Below are positions 24,627-36,118 of a DNA stretch of 55,731 nt, one piece after another. The position numbers and the translations under genes are program-made. Under the pieces are notes generated by a model that was given only the letters and a program-made list of their open reading frames with translations, was not told the origin of the DNA and did not search any database. The DNA is from Piedraia hortae CBS 480.64 (taxonomy: Eukaryota): the NCBI GenBank assembly GCA_010093745.1, contig MU006005.1, forward strand, positions 67,934 through 123,664, in the 5' to 3' direction. Position 1 is the first letter of the stretch. Each line of letters begins with the position of its first letter.

Positions 24627-24763
24627 TCAGAACCCGCACCGCGGAACGGAACGGCTAACATATGTGGAAGAGAGACGAATCTGTCAGGACTTTTGTTAGA
24701 GCTTCGAGATTCAGCATCGAAGCCTTGTGTTATACGTGAAAATGAAACAGATTAGCCCTGGTG

Positions 24764-26462
24764 CTAGTTAACTACTCGGTCGATAACCTCGGTAATGGCA
24801 ATAAGAGCTTCATCACGGAATGGTCGACCCACGATCTGGATCGCCGACGGGTGATTTTTCCATCGGCTAGGGTCATCTGTAGACATTAACATTTTCATCC
24901 TTCTGATACCAGTGTCATTACTCACAGATATCCCAGTTCGGCTTGTCAAATGGATTGTCTTTCTTGGGCTGATAATCCCCTTTTACGTCTTTCTGTTCGT
25001 CCACTTTGACGCCTTTTACAGGAATGTTGGTAGAAGGATAGTCGAGCAGGTTGAACAAGCTGGTATATCCCCACCAGACACAAAAGTCATGAGGCACAGC
25101 TGCCATGGGCGAGACAGGGCAAAGCAAAACATCAATTCCGGCCGCGTCCCAAGCCTGCTGGAACAGCGCCTTGTAGCGAGCTTGCTCACGGCTGTGGTGA
25201 AAGATTTCGGTCGCATTGAGTTCGCGGTCACATTCAAACACACGCAGATTGTATTCCAGAGCGGCAATTGCTGGCTCTTTCGCTGTGGCCATAAGATTTC
25301 GTGCTTCCTTTGCTCCTGTTTGGAAATACAACTTGAAAGTGGTGAGCATGGCTTGCCAGCAGTCAAACGGTGCTTGGAAATTAACAACTTCATGACCTGC
25401 AGCCTTTAACTTATTCGCTGTTTCACGCAGGGCGCGAGCGATTGGTGGGTGCGGCTCGACAACTCCGTCGGTCAACATGAGGCCGACTTTTAGCTTCGAC
25501 GGAGCCGTAGCCCCCTCATCCCAGAACGGTAGGATACAAGTGGATTCATAGGGCAAGGTCGGGTGAGTTACGATTAGCCGGGTAAAAAGCTTTAAATCTT
25601 CCACGCTATGGGTTATGGGACCAGCGGCAGATTTGATGGCTGTGTTTCCCAACGCCGGGTGACAAAAGCCTGTTCGTGGAACACGATCGTGTGTAGGGCG
25701 CATGCCGAACAGGCCGTTGAAGGCCGCAGGGGCACGTACGCTACCGCCTACATCAGTCGATAAGGACGATGCAGGAGCGCCTCGAAGGCCTACAAGTGCA
25801 CCGTCGCCGCCTGAACTGCCTCCAGCTCCAAAGTTTGGATTGATAGAGTTCAAAGTGCGACCCCAGAGGTTGCTCACCGTCTCCAGTGCCATACCCGCTT
25901 GCGGACAGGTTGTTCTGCAGAATATAATGGCACCCGCATCCCGCATGACTTTCACCACGGATGCGTCATCCGTTGCTGGCGGGAAGCTGTTCCAGGCAAC
26001 AAATCCCATTGTAGTAATATGATCGCGGATTTGCAAAATATCTTTGACGGGTAGTGGAAGGCCATGTAAAGGGCCCACTGGCTTGCCTGTCTTGATCAAG
26101 ATGTCGTCGAGAGCTTTGGCTTGTGTAGCTGCCTCATCGGGCATAAATTCTACAAGACAGTTGGTCAGCTGGTGAGCAACAGCTGCTCGAGCAATAAACG
26201 CCTCTACAACGTCAACAGCCTTGAGCTCGCCGGTAGCTATTTTTTGCAGGAGCTCAGTAGCCGTTAGTGCTGTTATCCGAAGTTGACTAGAGGATAGAAG
26301 CCCGCTTGCTTCGACCGCTTGGGGTGGATCTTCAGACAGCTTTTTCTTGGACTCTGTCGACAGTCGAAACTTTTCTGGAATGGAATCATTCAAACTTTTC
26401 TGCACCTTTTCGGCAATGATGTGGTAGTCCTCGGACCTTGCTGTGCTCTTTTCTGCTTCCAT
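24764..26462 (-). CDS. Amidase-signature family enzyme (acetamidase/fatty-acid amide hydrolase-like)
   Basis: GPLHGLPLPVKD (catalytic Lys), GGSSGGDG, TDVGGSVRAPA; 49-nt intron 24925-24877 adds YDPSRW..IQIVGRPFRDEAL. Start could also be the in-frame ATG at 26570. Confidence 0.9.
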
Positions 26463-26700
26463 GGTGAGTAGTTGCTCGGTATCTGCACGAGGAGCTCTTT
26501 CGAAGGTGGGGTCGTAAAGTAAGCTTAAACATGCCGATGGCGGAAGGACCGATCCAGAAGTCCGAACCATTTTGAGAGTGATACATAGCTACCTACCTAT
26601 CATAATCGGGTAAATATTACATATCTTATCTTATCCGGCAGCTACTTCACAGGCCAATGTGACTGACCGTTTGTTTCATCGCACGTTAGCGTCACGTGGA

Positions 26701-26726
26701 TCGCGTAAATAGCTTCACGCGTCGCG
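26701..26726 (+). promoter_or_regulatory. MCB-like (ACGCGT/CGCG) elements upstream of RDH54
   Basis: tcgcgtaaa at 26701 and acgcgtcgcg at 26717, 60-85 nt before the ATG of a DNA-repair gene. Confidence 0.6.
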
Positions 26727-26784
26727 CTAGAGTTCTGCATGTGCCTCAAGGCAGACTGCCTGTATACCACTCTTCTTACCCAGG

Positions 26785-29463
26785 ATGAAACCGTTTCGTC
26801 CACCATCGTTAATCAAGAGAGAAATACCTTCCGCAAATGAGCCACCGCAGAAGAGACGACGAATCAGTGACAATGATGTCTCCCAAGCATCGCATCCTTC
26901 AAAGGGCTTGAGCAACCCTCTGCTGCCAGTGCAACCAAATGTTGCTCAACATCCAGTGAAGGAGAAAGCAAGCTTGAGCGGTACTCCTCAACTTCACTAC
27001 ACCGTCCTTTGGTATGGCTAAAGGAAGAGTATATGTTGGATGCTGACGTGTGCTAGGCGCAAGGTGACTACCAAGAAGAATAAGACATGGGATGGTGATG
27101 GTACTCTGTCCGTTGTTGATGGAACTGCTTCTTTAATAGATGATTCTGGCAAACAGCTGGGACGAACGTCTTGCAACGGCCCCCTTTTGGTCGGATCTAA
27201 GTTGTCAGTGAGCGGGAAAGAGGTCGAAATCGTTTCCATGACCACAAAAGAGGCTACTGGTAATGGGCAGACCTCTCTTACTGGGGCCAAACAGCCCTCG
27301 TCGTTAATGGAGCCGCTGCAGGAAACCTATGAACTGCCCACCAAGGGACAGACAGTGGATGCTTTCGGTAAGAGAGCAATGACCACCAAGTCTAGCCAGG
27401 CGCCTTTTAAGAAGCCCACCATGGCCAATGCGACTGTTGTACCCAAACGTAACCCATCAATTCCTACTCCACGGCATGATCCAAATGCAGAAGGTGCCCT
27501 TGTAATGCGGCGCCCAAAGGCACCCAAAGGCAAACAAGTGGTTGACGTAGTTGTGGATCCTCTACTATCCAAACATCTTCGTGACCATCAACGTACTGGA
27601 GTTTCATTCTTGTATGAATGTGTCATGGGCATGAGAGGATATTCTGGAGAAGGCGCCATTCTTGCGGATGAAATGGGCTTAGGCAAAACTCTACAGACAA
27701 TTGCCTTGCTTTGGACCCTTCTGAAACAGAATCCGATCCACGGTGATGGGCCCGTCATTCGAAAAGCCCTGATTGTGTGCCCTGTGTCCCTAAACACGAA
27801 CTGGCGCAAAGAATTTGCAAAATGGCTCGGTAAAGACCGCATTGGAGTATTCGTTGCGGAAGACAAAAAGGTGCGCCTTAAGGATTTTACTCATGGCAAG
27901 GCCTACAACGTAATGATCATTGGCTACGAAAAGCTCCGGTTGGTTCAGACGGAGCTGCAAAAGGGCACTGGAATTGACATTGTCATTGCCGATGAAGGCC
28001 ACCGCTTGAAGACCGCTCAAAATAAAGCAGCGCTTGCTATCAAATCCCTAAACACAGACCGCAGGATCATTCTCAGCGGCACACCGATTCAAAATGATCT
28101 GGCAGAGTTTTATACCATGGTGGACTTTGTCAATCCAGGGTCACTGGGCAAATATCAGGCGTTCAAAAAGGAATTCGAAATGCCTATTCTCAGGAGTAGG
28201 CAGCCAGGTGCTGGCGCAGATGAGGTGGAGTCTGGACAAGCAAAAAGCAGTGAGCTCGCCGCAATCACCAACATGTTCATCTTGCGCCGCACTGCAGCCA
28301 TTCTTTGCAAGTACTTGCCTTTGAAAACCGAACACGTCGTTTTATGTAGACCCACCAAGACGCAAGCGTCAGTGTACAACGCCATTGTGAAGTCTCCAGC
28401 CTTTACCTCTGCGCTTGGCTCACCAGCAGTTGCATTGGATCTGATCAATGTGTTGAAAAAGGTCTGCAACTGTCCGAGCTTGCTGATGAGAAAAGGCGTC
28501 CAAGAGAATTCATCCAAGCAAGAGTTCCTCCAAAACGTCCCACCTTCGATGCTCAAGTCGCGAGGAGCGAGCGGCAAACTTCAAGTTTTGGATTCTCTGT
28601 TGCATTCGATACGAATCTCCACCCACGAGAAAGTGGTGTTGGTGAGCAATTACACATCCACAATGGACATTATTGCCACCTTGCTCAGCGCTTTAGACTA
28701 CAGTTTCCTGCGTCTGGACGGCTCAACGCCTGCAGCCAAAAGGCAGGAACTGGTAGACCGTTTCAACCGATCTTCCCCCGAAGATGCATTTGTTTTTTTG
28801 CTCTCAGCCAAAGCAGGTGGATTCGGTCTCAATCTCATCGGGGCCTCGCGGCTGATTCTTTACGACCTCGACTGGAACCCAGCAACCGATATTCAAGCCA
28901 TGGCCAGGATCCATCGAGATGGACAAAAACGACCATGCTACATCTACCGATTGGTAATGCAGGGTGGTCTGGACGAGAAGATTTTCCAACGCCAAGTCAA
29001 TAAAACGGGGCTGGCGGATAGCATCGTAGACGGCAAAAGCGCCGTGTCGGGCTTCACGAGGGAAGAGTTGAGGGATCTATTCACCCTGGATGAAAGCGGC
29101 GAGTGTCAAACCCATAAGCTGCTTCAATGTAAATGTGGCGGAAGTGGCACTCCCGTTAATGTTGATGGGCTTCCAGAGCGCAATGACGTTACCGCCCTTT
29201 GCACTGATTCAAAAGGGCAAACGAACACTTCTTGGCTCAAGGCCAGTCAGGTTGATATGGGAGCGCAAGAAGCGCGTAAACCGAAACAGGAGCAAGTGCT
29301 CAGTTTAATGCAATATCTGCATTTCGACACCTCGCTGGTTCCGCAGCTGATGAGTGATGATATGGACCCGCTGGAGAGCGTTATTGATGATGATGTTTTG
29401 CGATCTGTCTTGCGAGAGGATGGGAATAGAGTCGGGTTCGTTTTTACAAAGAATTGGAGTTAA
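26785..29463 (+). CDS. RDH54: SNF2-family DNA translocase RDH54/RAD54B
   Basis: MKPFRPPS start, LWRKVTTKKNKTWDGDG across 45-nt intron 27012-27056, VVVDPLL, ILADEMGLGKT, DEGH, SGTPIQNDL, QAMARIHRDGQ. Confidence 0.9.
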
Positions 29464-29691
29464 GAGTACATCTCGGAGAGTACATGTACAGATATCGTGG
29501 CGTTATCAGAGTTGTTTGCCAAGACATTACTTACGTAAAATGGCCATTGTGTTATTTCGGCTGCAAGGAAAAGGTTTGGTCCGGCAGGAACGTAGCAGAA
29601 TTAAGGCCGGTGGTGTTCCGGCAAGTCAGAACTAACCCTACGATAGGCCCCTTCTAACTTGCTGCATGCGCGACTGGCAGATGTCGGCAGT

Positions 29692-30370
29692 TTAAACCTT
29701 CTCTTCCTTCAGCCCGTGCTTCCAGAAGACAATGTAAGGCGTTATGCCATCCTCGCGGTAGTTCTTCAACATCACCCTGTACCGGTCAGTCCTCATCCGT
29801 CATCATCCCGATTTCAAAGCTCACATTCCCGGATTCTCGCCCGACCAGCCCTCGCCGCCGAGAAACTCCCAGTTCTCAAAATTCTCATGCTTGACCTTGG
29901 GCTTCTTGGCGGGATCGTCCGAAGGAATTGTCTTTGTTCCGAGGATAACATCCCGGGTGAACTTGTTGGCGTTCTTCTCGAACTCGGCAGCCTCCTCCTC
30001 GCTGGAGCCGTTCTCGACCATCTTCGCCTTGATCGTCTTGATGTACTTCTTGAGGTACGTGCCGTAGTCGACCGGCTTCGGGAAAGCGCCCTGCAGCTCC
30101 TCCAGGTTAAACGAGTGGATGACATCGTTGACGCGCTGGACGTTGTCATCGACACCCTCTTCGGCCTCCTCAGCAGAGGCGTTTGCGCCTGTATCGAACT
30201 TCTCGCCTCCGACGTTGATCATGCGGCAGTCGACTTCGTATGCGATGCCGTCAATCTCTTTGAGGTCGTACGAGTCCGAGATGAGCTCGGCTCCTGTAAT
30301 GAGATCCTGCGCCTGTTAGCCATGAGGTTCCAGGAGCGCTTCAAGATCACCTCACCTTGTAGACAATCAT
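29692..30370 (-). CDS. TMA19: Translationally controlled tumour protein (TCTP/Tma19), ~193 aa
   Basis: [47 protein letters not shown]; introns 30355-30307 and 29824-29777. Confidence 0.95.
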
Positions 30371-30512
30371 GGTTGCGATGTAGAAGAATTGCGCAGTAGC
30401 GGGGGCAAGGAGTGTCTTGAAAAATGAAAAACCCACGGGCTTGGTGGGGCACAGAAAGAAAGCAGTGCGGGGCCGCGCTTGGCGGCGATGACCCCGCCAA
30501 ATCATTGGGTCA

Positions 30513-30550
30513 TTAGGGCCGAGTCTGCCAGCAGCGCTGTTAGGGTTAGG
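30513..30550. promoter_or_regulatory. TTAGGG/GCCCTAA-like motifs in the TCTP / histidine-phosphatase divergent promoter
   Basis: ttagggc at 30513 and ttagggttagg at 30540, about 145-180 nt upstream of the TCTP ATG. Confidence 0.4.
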
Positions 30551-30754
30551 ATCTTCGAACGTCTCTGCATGGGGTCCAACCAACCGCGGCTGGGCTCGAG
30601 TTACATAGGTAGTGGTACGTAGTGCCGCGTTTACACGTATTGTACGCCTTCACATCGTACAGTCCATGTCTACTTCTTCCATCGTGCTCTAGCTCGGTGA
30701 CTTGTGCCATCTCAAGTCCACTGCCATTGTGGAAACAACCTCGGCAACGCACAA

Positions 30755-31714
30755 ATGGTTCTAGAAGTGATATACATAGTCCGACACGGCGTGAGCCTTC
30801 CCAACTCTACACGACGACATGCATGATAACAAGTACAGTACCGGTCAAACTGGACCATTGATCCATTCACAGGGGAATACAAATCCCACATCATCAGCCC
30901 GACGGGAATCCCATCCGACCCGGCTCTTACCAGCTATGGGGTGATGCAATCGCAGGAACTCGCTGTTCATTTACGTGGGTTGGATATAGACAGAGTCTAC
31001 TCTTCTCCTTATTATCGCTGTCTGCAGACCATAACGCCTTATGTTCTGAGCACAAGCCGAGGAGCTCACCTCGCGGTCGATACCGGACTGGGAGAATTTT
31101 ATGGAAAGGCAGCTTTCGATCACCCTCAGCCCGCGCCTTTGCACGTTCTAAAGACTCACTTTCCTCATATCGATGCACAGATACATGACATTGTGCCTAA
31201 CATCAAGGGCGAAACGATCCAAGAACTCCATGGTCGTGTAGCTCGCTGTCTGGAGGGGATTATAAGACGGTTAGATGACGACCCTCGATGTCCCAGAAGC
31301 GTTCTGATCTGCACACATGCGGCTGTCATGATTGTGGCTGGAAGGGCTTTGACTGGTAAGATGCCAGACGATATACAGCAAGAGGACTTTGGAGCCGCAA
31401 CTTGTGCTTTGTCCAAGTTTGCGAGGAAAAGCATGGGTGAGGGACAAGGGTCTTTACGCAGCCAGCGTATCGGGGACTGCTTCGATTGGAGAGATCGCGG
31501 CATAGCCGGGGGCTGGGCCTGCGAGATGAACGGCGATTGCTCTTTCCTATCGGGAGGCCAGGAGCGACCTTGGTTAGCTGACAATTACATCTGAAAGAAG
31601 GTGCTGACTTGTTTTAGGACGTTCTCTGGGGATGAAAGCTTCCTTTCATATGCAGATCCCACCCAACGAACTGTAGAATCAAACCAGAGCAAAGGAAACA
31701 AAGGCAGACTATAG
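30755..31714 (+). CDS. Histidine phosphatase (phosphoglycerate-mutase-like), TFIIIC tau55/Tfc7-like
   Basis: MVLEVIYIVRHG|YRSNW..SPTGIPSDPALTSYG, YSSPYYRCLQT, GLGEFYG, LICTHAA, NGDCSFLSGGQERPW|TFSGDESF; introns 30791-30838 and 31573-31617. Confidence 0.87.
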
Positions 31715-31804
31715 AGACGTGAATCCATTGATGACAGCAGACGACTCAACCATGGCCTATGTAAGCTTTTGTCTAATCGTTCGTACCGCCATTGCCGACT
31801 TTTC

Positions 31805-32526
31805 TTAACCCTGCGTAATGGCACCATGAACAGCACGCGCACGCTGGCGCGAGGACAGATGCTGGTCTTCGCGACGCACCACTTGAGGCCCCTTCTGAAT
31901 AACCTCGGAGCCCTCTGTGAGGATGAGTTCGATGTGGCACGGGTTGGACATGTAGGGGTTGATCTGTTTGGTTAGCTGATGGCAGCGTTTCGTCCGCTAA
32001 ACTTACGCGGCCGTGTGCACGGTACGTGCGGCGCCTCTGCTTTGGCGCCTGGTTGACTTGGATGTGAGTAACAACCAACTTGCTTGTGTCCAGGCCCTTT
32101 GTGTCAGCGTTAGCCTCCGCATTCTTGAGGAGGCTAAGCAAAAACTCCGCCGACTTGACGGGCCAGCGGGCCTTGCTCACGCCAAATTGTTTGCCTATCC
32201 ATTCTCAGCTTTCCGCGTTTCATGCATCCCCGCACATGGCATGCGACTCGTCGCTACGTACCTTGGGCGGTACGGCCAGTGCTCCCAGCATAACGCCGCA
32301 TCGGAACCGCCTCGCGATGTTCCTTGACATTCTCTAGAAAAGTGACGGCGCGCGCCAGCTTCCAGCCATTGATAGCCTGGGCCGTTTCACGGGTGTTCTT
32401 GAACGAAACACGCAAGTACGAGCCGCGGGCGCGGGCCGACTTGCCGGGCTCGATATCGGTAGCAGCGTAGCGAACCTGTCTGTGTAAGCGCACGGATCCG
32501 TGTCCAGAAATCCTCAACAATACCAT
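31805..32526 (-). CDS. RPL17: 60S ribosomal protein L17 (uL22)
   Basis: [59 protein letters not shown]; introns 32523-32476, 32261-32195 and 32006-31964. Confidence 0.97.
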
Positions 32527-32733
32527 GATGCTGTCTGCGAGTGACGGTTGTTGGGGGAGAGAGTGTGTGTGGTGGGTGATGCGAGAAATTGGTGATGCGT
32601 GGAATTGAGAAGTCTTGGCAGCGTGCGATCTTCAAAAGGCAACTTTGCCGAGCTGTCTCCCACCAATTTTTGTCTGCACCGTGCGACGAATTCACGAACC
32701 ATTCTTTAATCGCATAACCACAAATTCGCACAA

Positions 32734-33771
32734 ATGGGAGCAGCACCGCGAGGAGGACGGGGAGGTGATCGTGGAGGCAGAGGTGGAATGCGCGGCGGAC
32801 GCGGTGGGGGCGGCGGCCGAGGTAAGATTACGACGCGCACTTACGCGGCAAGCTTACTCATTTCACTAGGTGGCGGAGACCGTGGACGTGGCGGCGGACG
32901 TGGCGGCGGACGTGGCGGACAGAGAGGTGGGAGGGGAGCCCCGCGCGGCAGGGGCGGACCCAAGGGCGGCGCAAAGGGAGGGCAGAAGGTGGTGATTGTA
33001 AGCAATGGTCCCCAAGGCCCATCTCAGGTTTTGATACTGACACACTTCTAGGAGCCACATCGGCATCCCGGCGTCTTTATTGCACATGGCAAAGAGGACA
33101 TGCTAGTGACTAAGAACCTTACACCCGGGGAAGCAGTGTACGGCGAGAAGAGGATCAGTGTTGAGACACCGGCAGCAGCAGCAGTCAATGGAGACACACC
33201 TGTTGCGACCAAAACCGAATACAGAGTCTGGAATCCGTTCCGTTCCAAGCTCGCTGCGGGCATCATCGGTGGCCTAGAAGAAATCTACATGAAACCCGGC
33301 AGTAAGGTGCTCTATCTTGGTGCTGCGTCTGGGACATCAGTGTCACATGTGGCTGACATTGTTGGTCCGACTGGAAAGGTATACGCTGTTGAGTTTTCGC
33401 ACCGATCGGGCAGGGACCTTATAAACATGGCCACGCATAGAACGAACGTCATCCCCATCATCGAAGACGCACGACATCCGCTCAAGTACCGCCTGCTGGT
33501 ATCCATGGTCGATTGCATCTTTGCCGACGTGGCCCAGCCGGATCAAGCGCGTATCGTCGGCATAAATGCCCATCATTTCTTGAAAGAGGGAGGCGGTATC
33601 GTGGTGTCAATCAAGGCAAACTGCATCGACTCTACCGCCCCGGCAGCAGCGGTGTTTTCGCGAGAAGTCGAGAAGATGCGTGAAGAGCGCATCAAGCCAC
33701 TAGCACAACTGACGCTGGAGCCTTTCGAGCGTGACCATGCGATTGTGGTAGGAAAATATCGGCCTACATAG
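32734..33771 (+). CDS. NOP1: Fibrillarin, rRNA 2'-O-methyltransferase
   Basis: RGG-rich GAR domain, [50 protein letters not shown]; introns 32822-32869 and 32998-33051. Confidence 0.97.
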
Positions 33772-33990
33772 TCTGTATGATATCGACGTCCGGGACCAGA
33801 TGAATGTGATGGTTTCGCTGGCGGATGTTACTGCCGATTGTCTGGGACGGATCGGTCCTTTCCGTGACAAGACAGAAATAAAAGACGGTTACGTCATCGC
33901 CTGACGACAAGTCGGTAAGGTGGCTGTGGCATCCTTTCAGTCACCCAAAAATGTCCAATTTTGTCGCTCACGTAGATAAACACAGAAACA

Positions 33991-36005
33991 ATGAAATGCT
34001 GGGAACTGTTCGTCTTCTTAGGCTTCGCTAATTGCTTCCAATGTGCGTCTCAATGCCTTCGATTGGCTGGCGGCGAGCGCCGCGTTGAACTTTAGCTGAC
34101 TCCATCTTCTCAGCAGCGGTAGCGGCAGTGATTGTTGAACGGGCTCTTCCAGCCAACAGTCCGTATGGATACACGCCGCACAAGACCAAATGTCCGTCAA
34201 ATAGACCAGTGGTCCGCGATGCCTCCAAGTTATCCTCGGAAGAGACAGAATGGCTCAAGGCTCGACGAAAGGCGACCCTTGGCCCGTTGCAGAATTTGCT
34301 CAAGCGGATGAACATCACGGGGCTAGATGCCGATACGTACATCTCCAATCATCAGAACAATGAGAGCGCATTGCCCACAATCTCCATTGCCCTTTCGGGC
34401 GGTGGCTATCGAGCGCTGCTGAACGGGGCCGGAGTCCTCGAGGCTTTTGATAGCAGGACTATCAACTCCACCGGTCATGGCCAGCTCGGCGGACTCCTAC
34501 AATCTGCAACCTATCTTGCTGGACTCAGCGGAGGCAACTGGCTGGTAGGATCTTTGTACGCCAACAACTACACTTCGGTGTATGACATTCTCCATAGCAC
34601 CAACGATAGAAGCAACTTGTGGCAATTTGAAAACCCCGTCTACGAAGGACCAGCCGCGGGGCGTTTGCAGATACTCACTAGCATTGGATACTACAAAGCG
34701 CTCGAACAATCTGTACAGGCCAAGAGCCGCGCGGACTTTAACGTGACCATCACAGACTACTGGGGTCGGGCATTATCGTACCAACTGATCAACGACACAG
34801 ATGGCGGTCCTGCATACACCATGTCCTCTATTGCCGACCAAGGATGGTTCACCAGCGGTAATGCCCCGTTGCCTCTGATCGTGGCGGGTAGCAGGAAACC
34901 TGGGGAGCTGACGGTTTCAACAAACTCTTCCGTCTTCGTTTTTGATCCATGGGAGATGGGCAGCTTTGACCCAACGATTTACGGTTTTGCTCCCCTCAAA
35001 TATGTTGGGTCAAACTTCACAAATGGCCGTCTCGATCCGAACACCGACTGCGTTACCGGTTTTGATAATCTGGGGTTCATCATGGGCACCAGCAGTTCTC
35101 TCTTCAACTACCTGCTCACTTCTGTGAACAGTTCAGAAAACTCCAGCGCGCTTTCTTCGGCTTTCCAGTCTGTTCTCACGTCGTTGCTTGACAAACTAGG
35201 CTCCAAAAACCGTGATATCGCAGACTGGGTCAACCCTTTCTACCATTATCAGGACGGCTCGAACCCTTATGCCGCTTCGGAGCAGCTCAGTCTCGTTGAC
35301 GGTGGTGAAGACCTGCAGAACATTCCGCTTAATCCGCTGATCCAGCCCCAGCGAGCAGTGGATGTTATCTTTGCCGTCGACTCTTCAGCTGACACCAATA
35401 CCACGTACCCGACTAGGAACTCCTCGGCCGGCTGGCCCGACGGCGGCTCCCTTATCGCCACATATGCTCGTAGTCTGACCCCCATCCAGAATGGTACTGC
35501 CTTTCCTTCAATTCCGGATGCAAATACGTTCATCAACTTGGGCTTAAGCTCACGGCCGACCTTCTTCGGCTGCGACGTCCATAACCTTACCGGTCCCTCG
35601 CCGCTCATCGTTTATCTGCCAAACGGACCCTATACCTACTATAGCAATATCTCAACGTCCGTCTCCCAGCTCAACTCTACTGTGCGGGATGCCATGGTCC
35701 TTAATGGTTACAATGGTGCCACTCAAGGCAACGGAACGCTTGACGATAAGTGGCCCGCCTGCGTGGGATGTGCTATATTGTCGAGAAGCATGAACCGCAC
35801 CGGTACCAAGGTGCCCAGCATATGTACCGACTGCTTCGACCGCTATTGCTGGAACGGGACTGTTGCATCACATGCCCCCGGCAACTTCAACCCTTCATTG
35901 AAAGTCAATGGATCGCACGCCACGAGCGACAGCAATATTCGTTCGGTACCTTACGAAGCTGCAATGGGAGCGTTTTTGACTGTGGGGTCTTTTTTGATGC
36001 TATAG
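33991..36005 (+). CDS. Secreted, probably GPI-anchored lysophospholipase / phospholipase B
   Basis: Signal-peptide exon 33991-34042, 71-nt intron 34043-34113; SGGGYRA, GLSGG, LVDGGED catalytic motifs; hydrophobic C-terminal tail. Confidence 0.93.
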
Positions 36006-36118
36006 TTTGTCACTGTTTAGTTTCCTGTTTGCCGTTTGCGTCCTAGCATAGAAAACACAATCCACCTACGAAACGATTCGATGCAAAACGTAGGTTGAAG
36101 TTCTGGGTGTTTTTTGTT

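Noticed and set aside
26463..26570. 36-aa N-terminal extension of the amidase from ATG 26570
   Set aside because: Cannot be distinguished from a leader or 5'-UTR intron; no targeting features; left as start ambiguity.
29659..30399. 246-aa plus-strand ORF spanning TCTP
   Set aside because: Antisense frame of a codon-biased gene, no ATG start, no motifs.
30540..30550. TTAGGGTTAGG as a telomere remnant or telomerase RNA template
   Set aside because: Under two repeats, inside a 384-bp divergent promoter; better explained as a promoter motif or chance.
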